This document shows, one piece after another, positions 30,878 to 46,036 of a stretch of DNA of 64,000 nucleotides. Within the stretch, counting starts at the first letter, position 1. The number at the start of each line of letters is the position of its first letter. Position numbers and translations under genes: made by a program. The notes below the pieces were generated by a model, which was not told the DNA's origin, searched no databases, and saw only the letters and a program-made list of their open reading frames with translations. The DNA comes from the human T2T-CHM13v2.0 reference genome, Homo sapiens. Where the stretch lies: assembly GCF_009914755.1 (NCBI RefSeq), contig NC_060939.1; one strand, 5' to 3'.

Positions 30878-33800
30878 TAGCTTGTGTTGTCTCCCTGAGT
30901 GCTTAAATATATATTTTAAAAATCTTCCACTAAAGGAAGAGTGAATGATGATTGATGCTGTGCATATTATCTTTTATTGATTTGGAACTGAGCAGGAACT
31001 CAGTTACCTAATCTCCTATATATACAGCACATGCACAAGCTTGCAATTAATATTTTATAGAATAAGTGGCTGAAAAAATGCTTTAATATCTGTTGCAGTA
31101 TTACTTTTGGTGTCATGAGATATTAACCATAATCTAGCCCTTATGAGAAAAGGAAACAAAAGAAATATTGTCTATAAAATGTTTTATATATTAAAAAGAA
31201 CAGTTAGAAAAATTCATGTTGGGTATATTTGTCTCATATATGGAACTGGGTAGTACTTTTACTTGAAAGCAAAATATTAAGCCTTTATTTTCATGCCAAA
31301 CGTTCATTGGCATCATGGATTTATTATGATTTTTTAAAAATCCCACATGTATTCATGTGTTTGTGTATTACAGATTATTTCTTTCAACATCTCTTAAGCA
31401 TTAGAAATTAAGCCTCAAAGGACTATACATATAATAAGTGATCACAGAAACCATAAAGCACTCTACAATGAATTAATTTCTCTTCTCCACTTTAAATATG
31501 GTAATTTGTAAAGGTTTCATACAAGTCATTTTATTATTATACAGATCTGTTTTATATAGATATTGAAGAGTCTGCATGATGTTTATTTTAGGACATACAC
31601 AAAAAATAGAACAACATTGGATTACATAAGGTTTTTTCCAAAATGGGCAAAGAATTGGCCCAAACCAAATGCAGAGAAATGTCAAATAAGGAAGAGATGT
31701 TTAATAAAGTCCTACAAAGAATCTATTCCAAATCTTAATGTTCAATGTTTTTATTAATAAACTGTAGAATAAAATTGAATGTATTATAAGATTGTTTTAA
31801 TTTGAAGCTTGGAGATATCATAAATATTCCCTAGTTAGGCTTAAATAAAGTTGATTAATTAAGCAAGTGTTCTCAAGTCACTAAATTAAATTTCAGTATG
31901 TAGAAGCAGCAAGGTTTTTCATATGGGGACAGTTGAATTGTTCAGCCTATGGAAAGATGGTAAGTTGGAAGAAATCACCTTTTAAAAGTCTAATCAAAAG
32001 GAAAATACGTAATAGTTCAGAACCAGTTGGAATGAGTGACCTGTGATGCACTATGAGATATGTTTTGGAACCAGGTAGTTCTGATAGTATTGTGAAACAT
32101 CCGATCACATTGATTACTCAGATAGAGGCCTATATGTCATGGCCAAGTCTATTTTTTGTTTTGTTTTAAGCCACCAACTAAGCAGCATCATTGTCAGAGC
32201 TGCTTAGCACCACTCTCTGGGCACCATCAGCCTGTGGACAGTCAGGCCTTCAGCCCCATTTTTTTGTTTGGCCTAACTTTTCTCTGCTTCCTTCTTGAGA
32301 ACTAGCCAATCCCAGCTGGGAAAAAAAGCAAAGGTTGTAGATGTGGGCTAAACTTAGTCCTAGTCCTCAACTTACTTGAACTTGAACGTGTTAAATTAGA
32401 TTCACCATGGCTGACAAAAGCAATGTAAAAATGTGGTCTGGGGATCATCTCTACTTGCAAACAAGTACAGAAAGGGAACTTGAAATTGATGGGTCTCATC
32501 TGTTCCTCTGTGCTGTAGAATCTAGAGGTAATTATTTTATGGAAGCATACTCAAACAGGATATTTAATTGATCTTTAAAAATAAATGAAATATAGGAAGT
32601 TTATGCAACCTGAGTCCTGTTTTAAAGCATTTCCTCATCAACCTATAAAGAAGTTGTTAATTCTTTGTATTTTTAATGTAGCACTGAATTAACATATGTT
32701 TGTGGTTGAAAAATGAAAATTGAAAGCTTTGTATGAAATATTGTTATGGGGCTGTTGTCCTTTTACCTTATAAATACCCCTTCACAGAGATTAATTAGAT
32801 TTAAAGTGTTGTGACAGGTAAATTTAGATAGATCATTTTAAAGCCAACTATGGAAAAAATATTGGTAAATAAACAGACCACTAATCTTAGTCTTTCTTGT
32901 TTACATGTGTACACCTTGAATTTTGTTGCAGAGATGTTGCAAACATGTTTAATTTATTTTGATCCTTTGCTAAGCTGAAGTAAAATCTCTCTCTCTCTCT
33001 GTTGGCTTCTAATTTGGACTGCATTCAAAAGACAAATATTCTCATCTTTTAATATATTAACCCTTCTTAATTTAAGAATTATGACTTTCCCTAAAATATT
33101 TTACCCCATTCTAAATTTGCCACACATTGTGCTCTATATTTGTTTTATAAAATGCATATTTTATCTTTACTCTTAACAATTGAAGGGAAAAATAAATTAC
33201 TAATTCTTTCTTAAATGTCCTTGGTTCATAACTACATCCTGAGCAGTTGTTATGGCACAAGATCTAGCCAGGAACTATAGGAAAGAAAAACAGAAGTGTT
33301 CTTATCATTGAAGATTTGAATGTACTGATAGGAGTTCATCCTATCTTTTAAACTTATCCAATTTGTACTTCCACACATAAGTATATTGTATTAAGACAGG
33401 TCAAAGTTGAATAAATGACTTTAGTTTCTCCAACTAGAAAATATTTTTCATGTGCATATTTATTCATTTATTCCACAAATAAGTTACTAAGTTGGATACT
33501 GTTTTAGACACTAGATAAGTCAGATGAAGTGTCTGCTTTCATGGGGTTATGGTCCAGTAGGGAGACAAGCTACCAATGAACACAGATAATTTCTAACAGT
33601 TTCTGAGAGTCCATGTAATTCTTCCCTTCATTATTTATTCATTCTTTTCAATTAACTTTTGTTGTGTTCTCTGCATGCCAGGAACTACACTAGTTAGTAC
33701 AAAGTGATTGATTATAAGCACTCTGTGCTCCCAGTGCTCATAGTCAAGCACCGTATTGCATGTGTGATCCAATGAGAATGCAGTTTTCTCTCTGATCCAG

Positions 33801-34277
33801 TGAGAATCCAGTGAGAATGCATCTCACTTAGTAGGTGCTCACATGATTGTCTCGATAATGAAAATAAAAACTCAAGGCTGTTAGGTTACTTCCATTAAAC
33901 CTTTCAAAGAAAGGTACAAATTATACTCAACATCAATCACTATCCTTTATGAATGAAGAAAATGCTGCTGCCTCATGAGCTGCTTTTTCCTGAAATAGTG
34001 ATGGAATTTTACTTATTCATTTGTTCTTTCTCACCGGGACCTTCCTGCCACAGTATATATCTAGGATGGCCAGTTGAGCTCATAAGGTTGGCTCTATTGC
34101 CAGTAGCTAACTACTCTTAAGCCTGCTGTGGGCAGACACCATTAAGAATTTTAAAGAACCAAACTTTTTTTTTTTAAGTTCATGCAAACGTGGAGCCTTC
34201 TGGGAAAACTGAAGATAAGTTTCAGTACATGTTAGCAGTTCTTTCCAAGGATAATTAATTTAGAATTAATATTTTTT

Positions 34278-34542
34278 GGCCGTATCTCAGTACTTTGGGA
34301 GGCTGAGGCAGGAGGATCACATGAGGCCAGGATTCAAGACCAGCCTGGGCAATATAGGGAGATCTTGTCTCTACACAAAATTTTTTAAAATTTTGTGGTG
34401 GTAGGCACCTGTAGTACCAGCTACTTGGGAGGCCAAAGTGGCAGGATCACTTAAGCCTTTGAGTTCAAGTTTACAGTGAACTGTGGTCATTCCACTGCAT
34501 TCCAGCTTGGGTGACAGAGTGAGACCCTGTCTCTAACTAAAA
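34278..34542 (+). mobile_element. AluJ (internally deleted)
   Basis: Alu motifs from ctttgggaggctgaggcaggaggatcac to gtgagaccctgtctc. Confidence 0.85.
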
Positions 34543-34586
34543 TAGGTAGGTAGGTAGGTAGGTAGATAGATAGATAGATAGGTAGG

Positions 34587-34642
<56 letters not shown>
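34543..34642 (+). repeat. Compound tetranucleotide STR (TAGG)5(TAGA)4(TAGG)2(TAGA)14
   Basis: Counted directly; it occupies the Alu tail position. Confidence 0.95.
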
Positions 34643-34644
<2 letters not shown>

Positions 34645-36049
34645 TGAGCATTTAAAGTCTCAAAAGGTGTGACGAACTTGCTGCCTACTCCTAGGCTTAG
34701 CTGTACAAAAAACTCCTCAACGTTAAATTGAACCATAAGCATTGTGATCATCCCATTACCTCTGCTAAGGGTTCACTCTTAGCAGACAAAATAGAAAATG
34801 TATTTCATCTACTGGTAGAGACATGTTAACTAGTATCTCTCAAGTGATTAATGAGACCGTATTTTGCTGTGTTTTTTTGTGTGTTTTTTTTAGCAGCTTT
34901 GGACAAAAAGACAGGAAAGGAAAAGAAAATAGTGACAATGCAAAGACAACAAGACAGTTTGCCCTGTTAGCTAAAATATGAAAGAGCGCATACAAAAGAC
35001 TGAAGATAAACCATCCATCTTTTATGGGTTGGCATATCTCCAGGTTGGAGGGACTTCCGTTAGTGACTGCCACAGCCACTGTCTGGTGCAAATTCTTGTT
35101 AAGTCTGGCCTAATAAGAATGGTTCTGGAGATATTTTATTCTTTCCAGTGAATGTTTCCCTGTTAGTAGATGCTAACAATTATTTTGAGTGACACCTGGG
35201 AGGCATTTGCTGTGCCCCTGCCTCACCCTCGCCCCCATGTTTGGACAAACCAGCAAATTTTACAGGGGTGCTTGTGTAGCATTTGTGTATTACTCTGTGG
35301 GACTCTGAGAGAGTATAATCTGTAAAGCCAAATAGGCTTAGTGAAGGATGTCCCTTGTCGTAAGAAATTAGGATCTTTGTTTCTAAGAGTTCATCTGCCC
35401 CTGCTGCTTTATTCCTCACCTGAAGCAATAATACTCTGCTGGGGAGGTGATTATGATGTGACAAACAGGGGATTATGACTTCAGGTGAAGGACAGGCAGC
35501 AGGAGCAGATGAGATTTAGAATACCAAGACTGTGTGTACACGCAGATGTCAGTGGCAGAGAGTAAGAGACCAGAAATGGAACATACGATTATGTAGGCTG
35601 AAGGGAATGGAGATGGCTGGGTATTTCATAAGGAATCCACCATTTAAATTCTTGTCTATCCGAAGGTTAAAAATATGATGCTGTTTTTAGAGTAACAGGA
35701 ACATGAAATTGAGGGTGGGAGGTGGGGGATTTGGGCTCTGTTCTCCCCTTTCTGAAGAGATTGTCATGGTGAGAGACTTTCTTACTTACTCCCCTTATTG
35801 AATGTGCTTGTGCATGCTTCTCCCTGGCACTGAGAAAAGGACCATAAATGCATATGCTGCTGGAAGATGAAATGCTTTCTGGATGTTTGTTTTCTTATCG
35901 GCTGAATTTGAGATTCAGCTCCCTGGAACTTTGAAGAAAGGTTGTTGTGACCACTTACGATGGTGTGCTCCCTGCTCCTGGCCCTCCCTCACCACTGCTC
36001 TTGGTAGTTAGCTCATGTCCACGGGTCATCTGCTTTTGGGTCACTAATG

Positions 36050-36378
36050 ATTTATTGGAACTATTTTGGTTGTAAGTGGCAGAAATCCAATCAAACTAGA
36101 TTATATACACAAAAAAGGAGAATTTATTGGCTTAAATATACACTGGGGAAGTCCAGAGGAGAGATTTGCTTCTGCTGTGTCTCTTAATAGGATCCAGAAG
36201 GCAAAACAATATCATTAATATCTTTTGTCCTTTTTGGGTTCTGCTCTTTTCTGTGTTGGCTTTATTCTTAGCTCACAAGGTCACAAAGATGATTGCTGGT
36301 GATTGCCAGTTTGTTTAATCCTTAGAGTTTATAATCCCAGAGCAAAGTCAGTGATTCTCTTTTGCCACATAACAAATC
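36050..36378. mobile_element. MLT1-family (MaLR) LTR fragment
   Basis: The sequence ttggttgtaagtggcagaaatccaatcaaactag...aatttattggctt is typical of old MLT1 LTRs. Confidence 0.6.
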
Positions 36379-36386
36379 TCAGAAAG

Positions 36387-36915
<529 letters not shown>

Positions 36916-39802
36916 CTGATCAGCTAGTCTGTGTCCAGCCCTATGGCGGGGTGATTTGGGGTCACATTACTGCCCACTCATGAGAATCACATTGTGAGAG
37001 TAGGGTAGCAATGCCGGACAGGATAACATACAGGACAGCAGAATAAAAAATCTCCCTCTCCCTGCAGAAAATTAACTACAGGCTAGGGTTTTGCTCACCA
37101 TAACCAAAGGCATTGGGGGTCAAACACGTTACTGTGATTGCTGAATTGAATCCTTTGGTCCTGTGCATGGGTGCACTGGCTCACACTCACCCATGTGCAC
37201 ATCTGTCTGTGTAGGAGATCCTTTTTGTGTCTCAGAACTGCTAGTATGCCTCTCTCCATTGAGATTGGTTCGGCGACACATGGAGCTGGCCCAGCAAGAG
37301 GTTCTAACATCAGTGACTACAGCTAAAAAGAACCAGGGCAGACAAAGGCTAACAGTCAATCTTTCCTCTGAATCTTGGAATTGGAAAGGGCTCTAGTGAC
37401 TGTCCAATCCACTTGTTTTGATTAAATAAATTGTCCTTTGGCCTTGCATCACAGCTACTACCCTCCCTACAACCTGTCCTGTATCTTTTTATTCTACTAT
37501 GTTGATTTGTCCCTTCATCTACAACGAAAAGGATTTAGCATGATCTGGTATAAAATATAGGAGAATTTTACTTTCTTTGCTCATATTCGTGTCCTCTGCC
37601 TTTCCACAGCTACCAGTTGCCTACCTAGCCTCTCCACACTGTCCCAGCTTCTTCACCTCCCCTTTTTTTTCTATAAGGCACTTCAATTTTCACTAGTATT
37701 ATCCCCTAAAGACATAAGCAAAGGACAAGGTCAGAGCAGTCAGTTGTATTCCTTGTTAGTGGCTTTGATAAGAGGCTTTGGGGGAAGAGGTTGAAACTAA
37801 CGGCTATAATGAAGTTTTGGGTTCTCTAAAGATTTCATTTATCGGTGCTATTGGTCTCCCCATTAAATGCATGCCTGTTCTGTGTACCTTTGCACACAGT
37901 TTGCATAACATATAATATTTATTACTGAAACCTTGCAAACTTCTTAAATTGTATAGAAAAGGCTGTGAAACTTACTCTTAGAGAACATAAAAATATAGAG
38001 AATGAAGGTCATAACTCCAAATATTGAGTGATACAGTGTTTTGAAAAAAAAAAAACCAGAATAAAACAAAATTAGTTACTAGAGTAGAAAAAATATAGTT
38101 TTAATATGTATTGATACATGTCTTTTTGCCCTCCCCCAATTTAGTAAAGATGCACTAGGTGTTAATAATATTCTTCTTATCATACAGTGTATTTTAATCT
38201 AGCATTTTAGAAAACTTTTTACAAGTTCATAGATAAAAGCCCTGTCAGAATGTGACTTTTCATTTTCAGATGTTGTGAACTGGATTTCTGCATGATTTTT
38301 ATGGAAATGACTATACTTTTAAAATGTAAAACTTTTAATAAAACAAAACAAATTTAAAGCCCTCAAACCTTTTCTTGGTGGACCTCATGTCCCCCTGTGA
38401 TTCTTAAGTATATGTTAACTAGTTTCAGATGTGTTTTGTTCGCTGACTCAAAATCAGCTCTTTATTTTAAGAAAAGAAATTGTGTAATTAGTACTTAATT
38501 GCTTTGGATATTTTGGGCATTTGGAGAAGAGGGTAATTCAAAGGCCAGAGAAATTAAACTTTCAGAATGTTCTTTATGCGTCTGTAATTTCTTTTTAAAA
38601 AATGCCCTCTAAAGACAGTCCTGACAACTTAAAAATGAATGAAGACCTGGGTTGTTTTTAAAAATTAACATCATCTTTGGATGTGGTTTTATTGATTTAT
38701 TTAAGATAAATTGGAGAGAGGACCATTGAAGTGCTAGAAAACAAGATACTATCTAGTTCATCTCCTTTTCAGGCAGGTGTTGTCTAAATAGCTCACAGAT
38801 GGCAGTCTTCTTCTCTTACATTTCAAGATCTTCCAAGATGAAAATAAATTTTTCCCCACTTTAAAAATATTACATTTGATCAAATTTAAATATTTGCATA
38901 ATTAAGAATGGTATATGGTCTGCTGGGACCAACTGCAACTTGGTTGACATGGGCACATATCCTGTATCTGCAGTGATTTGAGAGGTCTAGGTCTTGTTTG
39001 GTCATTTAACTTCTCTAGGCCAGTTATATTGTGTATAAATTGGAATGTTGGACTAGTAATCTCTACAATTTTGCTAGTTCAGAAAAGTTTCTGAGGCAAC
39101 CATTATCTAAAAATCTATGTTTTGTGAATCTGAAGGTTAACAGGTCTGCTTTTAAGTGATAATATTCCTATATTAATTTTGATAATGAGCACTTGAACTA
39201 TGACATTAATGAACTTAATGGTTATAAAATATATTGGGTTTTTAAATATATACCTTAAACCAGAAGACCCTTACTTTGTATCTACTGTAGTTGCTGAATA
39301 AGACACATAGGAAGGATTTGAAGATTGGTTTCATATTGATTCCCAACCATTTGTGGAAGTCATACTAAAAGTACTATTTCAGATTATTGCCATTACCTTT
39401 TTTTCATTCTAACTAATATTATTTTTACTTTGTTCTTAATCTTTATCATTTTTTTCTTGAAGAAAACATCTTATATTACTGTTGAAGAAACAGTGAAACT
39501 TGAAGAAACAGTTTATGTTACTTAAACATCTAGTTTCCACTTAGAAAATTCAAAGAATCATAAGTAACTACTTGGCTCAAACATATGCAGTTTTATAAGA
39601 GCCTGTATGAAATGTGTGATTCTCAAGGAAAACATAAATTGTAAAACTGACTATAAAAGAGATATATATATCAACAGATCAGTAGCCAAAGAAAAAACAG
39701 TTGCCCACCCAACAATGGCACCAGGCACAGATTGGGTTTTGTGGAGGAATTCTACTAAAATGTTAAGGAGTGGATAGGTCCAGTGTTATTTAAAATACTT
39801 GA

Positions 39803-40106
<304 letters not shown>

Positions 40107-42672
40107 GTTGACTTCAAAGAAAAATTTTCCCATCAGTATTAAGGAAAGAGATGCTGTCTTTTTTACAAAATTGAGATGAACCTCAGATGAACATGTAGAA
40201 CAGACAGTTGGGACCAAGGATGAAAGATAACAGTGAGAGTTCTCCAATAAAACCTTGAACTTTGAGCCTAGTTGGTGCCTTTGTGCCTTGTTGATAATTA
40301 GGGAATTAAATTAAGAAAGGAAATTATTGTCAGTCTGGATAGGCTTTGTAAAGACATGGATACTGTTAAACGTGTACTTGTATTTTACTCATTCATCTTT
40401 TGGGGGCATTAAGTGTCCTGGGGCCTAGAACAGTGAACAAGGCCACCTGTTTCGAAATGCTGCTTCCTACCCTGGTACCATCATTTCATCTGAACTTTGC
40501 CAAGTTGTTACCTCGTCCTTTCTTAGATCTAGGATGAAGGAAGCAAGCCAAAGGTTGAAACAGAGGAGATGGGACAGTCAGAGTTTAGTAAATAGATTAA
40601 AGGAAGAAGATACCCAATACACAGCATTTTACATGTTTGGCATAACCTCTTTACTATAAAAACTAGAAGTCTAATATCACCAATGGTGACAAAGACTTCC
40701 AGATGCTATCCTTTGGCTACAATTATTACTGAATCAGCTTCATGTTGAGAGAGAAAGAGTGAGAGGGAGGGAGAAAGAGAGACAGGGGTGTGTGTATGTG
40801 AGAGAGAGAAAGAGAGAGAGCGAGCCAGTTGTAGTTTGTTGAAGTTCACCACAAAAAGATGGGAAGGATCCCCAGCCACACTTGATGTTTTGTGTTTAAG
40901 TTTTGAGGTTTGGGATTGTTAATTCTCATATTAAGTCACCCATGCAATTTAAATTGTAGATATTATGTTAGTAATTTTGGTGCAGTGAACAGGAGTGCAG
41001 CATCTGTCTTTTAAAGGGATTTTTATGTGCATTTGGATTGCTTGGTGACCTTTGAAATTTTGTTTTGCACTGTTATCAGAAACGTAATCATTTTTCTTTC
41101 TGAAGCAGATTTTAACATCTGAAAAGGTTGATGAAGCTAGGATAGTTTTAGTGAAATATTAATCTATCTTTTTCAATGTCACCATTGCTTTTAAAACTGT
41201 TCATCAGCTACCGGAAACATCAGCTTAAGGCACTGGAGTTGATTTTAATTAAATATTCTCATTGTGGTCAGAGTATAGTTACAGAACAGAAACTTGTCCA
41301 ATCTTCTTCATCTACAGCTCACTTTCCAAATTCTCTTGTTTTTAAAGTCATATTATTTCAATCTGTATTTCTTTATCTCAATAGTTAACTTGAGATTTTT
41401 TATATTTCAAGGAGGGGAGATTGTTCTGAATACTGGCACCAATCCTTCAAAATCTAGACAGCTTAAGGATATTGACTTTTAACAAAATTTAACTTAAATG
41501 TCTACTTTAAATATGTGTCTTGTCATTAAAAGGTTATTTACATTTGAAATGCTGACCTTTCAAGTTGTGCACAAGAGTGTTCTAAAACAGAGTTTCTGAA
41601 CATTGGCCATGAAACCACTGTCTTGGGCTGACAAATGGATTGGAAATAAGCTACCCAACACTGGGAATGGGCCATTAATTTTAATCAAAGGTGATGCAGG
41701 AAGGCGAATGGGATGCATGACAATGTCAACAGCCCAGTAGGTGTTAAGAGACCACACAGCCTTCCTTGTTACTTGGTCGGGCCATTAGTTGAGGTTGGGT
41801 GAAGACAGAAAGCCATGTCTGGAATTGAATGACCAGGTCACTCCAAAATCTAATGGAGAACTCCCCATTTCAGAAATCACATTGTACTGCCATTAGAAGT
41901 CAAGGACAGCATTTAGAAAATATTGGTGGATTTTTTTTTTTTTTTTTTTTTTTTAAACAATCACCTTTCTAGTTTTTCCCAACTTTGTCAAGCTTCCTGT
42001 TTTCCTGCCTTCTTTCCTTCCTAATAGATCATTGATATTTACAGGGGACTAAGAAATCAAACAGACTTAGGAAAAAAAATCTTAAAGCCTTAAAATTGCT
42101 TTTCAGAATTACATATTGTTATAAAACTCAGGTAAATGTCAGAAACAATAGCATACCAAAGGAATTAAGCAGGATAACTAATTCTTTATGGCGATCTCAT
42201 TGTCCTTGTCTCTTTCTTGTGTGTGGGAATAGTTTCACTAATTGAAACTAAACTTTCGTAATTGCTTTATTGAAGGCATTTTTTCATAACTGTGAAGGCC
42301 ACTGTGCTTGCCCCTTTACTATAAATTTTCAATACTGGCTGATAACATTTGTAATTTTCACAGTGGTGAAAGCCTTTATTTTAAATCAGTAAGTATATTA
42401 CCTTATTTTGAGTACTTTCAATTACAAAAAAGGTAGTATATGACAGCTTGAACTCGTGATGTTTATAATAACGAAAACATGCAGAAAAATAATGAAAGAA
42501 GCATATCTGAAGCATATTTACGCTTCAGTGTTGTTCAGAAAGTTCATTATTTCTGACACAGCACTGCATGCATAAGAAAGATATGTATGACTACAGTAGT
42601 AATTTTTATACATATTTAAGAAATAAAAACAAATATATTCCTATCTTGTTAATTGAATAGTGTTTTAAGTAA

Positions 42673-42843
<171 letters not shown>

Positions 42844-43327
42844 TAATATTATAAATGGGTGGATAATTGGAAAATGTTACTTTTAAACAGCAGAAAATAA
42901 TAGGTTCAGAAGAAATCTGTCTTAAAATCTTTTGCATATATTGAGAAATAAACATGTTTTCTAAAGATATTTTGGTTGTCATTTTCAACTTATTTCTCTA
43001 AATTTCAAATTCCTTAAACATAGATCTCTTGAAAAGCCAGACTCATTTTGGTCTGCTTGACATGGCACTTGTCGAGTTATACAGGCAGTCTGAGAACTAG
43101 GAAAGGGAGTTTTGAAGAATATAATGAAAATCAAAGGGATATGATTGTCACATAAATGTTCTTTGTAATGAACATATACAGTGTGTTGTTTTGTAATTAC
43201 ATTTATAGATGATGGTAAGGGCTAAGCCTGTGCTCATTAATGTGAAGCATAGAGAGGCCTGTACAGAGTTCAGAATTTTCAATCTTCCCCTCCCTTCTCC
43301 GTATATTAGTAATGCTTTGTCCCTTAG

Positions 43328-43433
43328 CTGTAGAAGGGCACATAATTCACTGGATTGAAAGCAAAGCCTCATTTGGTGATGAATGTAGCCACCACGCCTA
43401 CCTGCATGACCAGTTCTGGAGCTACTGGAATAG
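43328..43433 (+). CDS. CDIN1: CDIN1 coding exon 10 (106 nt): (A)[34 protein letters not shown](R), carrying the ExK motif
   Basis: Acceptor ctttgtcccttag; donor TAG|gtaagg at 43434. Glu GAA at 43357-43359 and Lys AAA at 43363-43365 complete PD-(D/E)xK. Confidence 0.96.
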
Positions 43434-45736
43434 GTAAGGTCTCATTATTTTTCTTTTAAGATAAACGATACTCAGCTGAAATCTCATTAGAAAAAAATAT
43501 TTTGTTTAGCTGGTAAAAATGCTAGTAGCCGTTGTTTCTAGTAAATACAGAGTTTTGATTAATGTATTCATTTCAGATAATTTAAACTTCTCTGCTTTCA
43601 TAATGTTGCTTCATTTTTTAAAACTAAAAATCTCTGCATAAGGTCAAAATTAGTATATATTCCATTTTTCATTCATTTTACAATAATATTGGTGTCACTT
43701 AAAATACAGATAATAAGATGTGGTGTATATTACAGTATTGACACTGAACTTTTATCCTTTTGATGTGAAATTTATGCTTACTCAGACCTTAAAATAATTT
43801 ATCCTCAGCTCTCTGAGGAAAGTAGCCAAATGATATGAAAGATGGAAATAATACACCTTCCAAGAATAGAGAATAGTTTACCTACCAACTCATATTAACG
43901 TTCCCAAAGACATGGAAATCTCAGCGTTAAGAAAGGAGTGGGAGGGTCTTATTTTACTGTTTATCTACCACATGTCCGGGAAGTTACTTTTGTCCCCATT
44001 TTACAGATAACTAAGCTGATAGAGAAAATGATGTGCTGTAGAGCTAGTTATCATGGGGCTGCATTTATCTCTCACTCCCAAATCTGTGTGATTTCCAGCA
44101 CAACCCTATTGTCATTTACAATACAACCTTCCAAACTTTGGCTTTTTCTATTATTGCAGTCCCGTGTTCACACTACATGTTTTTTCCCCCTTAGAACAGG
44201 AATGCCAGCCAACAGTAAGAATACAATAATAAAATGACATTGGCTCAGATCCTTAAGGAATGAGACAGTAGCATCTGTGGGTAATAGCCTTGTCCTAGGG
44301 TAAAAACAGTGACCAGCTACAGAATTTGGCATTATATTGTTACTCAGCTTTACAAAAGGCCAGTGGACCTCGCCTGTGGCAGCTGTGCTAAACTAAGCCC
44401 ACTTTTTGCCATGGTAACAATGATCATGACAAAATGCTGAATGTAATAGCTTTCTTGATTTTCTTGTGTAATTGTGCGTGGCATCCGAGCTTTACTTTAC
44501 AGGGATGGAGGAGGAAAGTGCAAAATGTTTTAGAAATCAATGCTGTTTCAGCGTTTCCTGTGTTTTATTCAGCCATTATTCAAATTAGCAGTAATGTGGC
44601 AAATTGAATTTTAGATTTTTAGCAATTTTATGATGAGTTTGAAATAGTAAAGAAAGCATCATTTTTGGAAGTATAGGGAAAGCAATGACAGGAAAATCAA
44701 ATTGCATAAGTTTAGGTTGCTAAAGTATTTTAAAAAAAACTGATAAGCTCAATCAGTAGGGAGGCAGACTGTTTCCCCAGCTTTGGTACCAGTCATATCT
44801 TTTCTAAGGAAAAATTACAAACCAAATCCCAAATACTAGAGCTTACTTCAAAATTCCAAATTATTATCTTTCTTCTAAAACAACTCAATTATTTATTGAA
44901 TACCTACTGTGTACTTAACATTCACCATTTAGAGGCTGATTAAATAATCTAGTCACCTAGATGATAGATTTAGGGATTATTGACATGCCTGGAGGATGTC
45001 TGTGTGATAGATAATTTAATACAATTTCCTTTGGATTTTATATCACTTTGTTGCATTCTACTTTTACCCTTCTGGTGATGTTTTACTTAGACTACTATTG
45101 ATTTACATTCCCTGAGCACATTGTTTGAATATATACTGGCTAAGTGAGCATAATTCATTTAGGGCATGATGTGTGATACGGGAATGTTAGCCTTGGTTTT
45201 AAATGGTCCAGATCATTTAAGGAGTAAACGTCACAGAAGTCACTGATGTTACCAAAGGTCTGCAGAGAGGCCAAGAAATGCAAGTTCAAAAAGGAACATT
45301 TAGTGCCCAGGTTTGAAATGGAACTTTGGGGTATTTACTTATATATAAAATTTGTAACATATGATAATGATACAAGCTGACCGGTGATAGAGTATTTTGA
45401 CAGAAGGAGAACTTACCCCATTTGTGAATGTATGGGATCCTCCTCTTCTCGCATTTTGCCTCAACACAACTCATGTATATTAGCAATTGCTAAAGTTCTT
45501 CAGCATATAACTTTAGCAGCTTCTAAAGTTCTTCAGAATTGGAAGAAATTCTCTCCCACCTGTAGGTAGCCTTTCAAGGAGGCTATTGGTTAGAAATTGG
45601 GCTTTTTGCTTTATTCATGTGATAAGCCTCTAGTTTATATAAAAACCAATATTACCTAATTGTCCCACTATTTTCAGATTAAAGATTGGATTTTACAATA
45701 AGACTGTTCAATTACTATTTATAGACTAATGCTTTT

Positions 45737-46036
45737 TTTTTTTTTTTTTTTTTTTTGAGATGGAGTCTCACTCTGTCATCCAGGGTGGAGTGCAGTAGTG
45801 TGATATCGGCTCACTGAAACCTCCACCTCCCGGGTTCAAGTGATTCTCCTGCCTCAGCCTCCCAAGTAGCTGGGATTACAGGTGCCTCACACCACTCCCG
45901 GCTAATTTTTGTGTTTTTAGTAGACAGGGGGTTTTACCATGTTGGTCAGTCTGGTCTCGAACTCCTGACCTCATGATCCACCTTCCTTGGTCTCCCAAAG
46001 TGCTGGGATCACAGGCGTGTGCCACTGCACCTGGCC
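45737..46036 (-). mobile_element. AluS
   Basis: Full antisense Alu; TSD tagactaatgctttt at 45722-45736 and 46037-46051. Confidence 0.92.

Noticed and set aside
33766-33821. Three copies of atccaRtgagaat
   Set aside because: A small slippage duplication with no supporting context.
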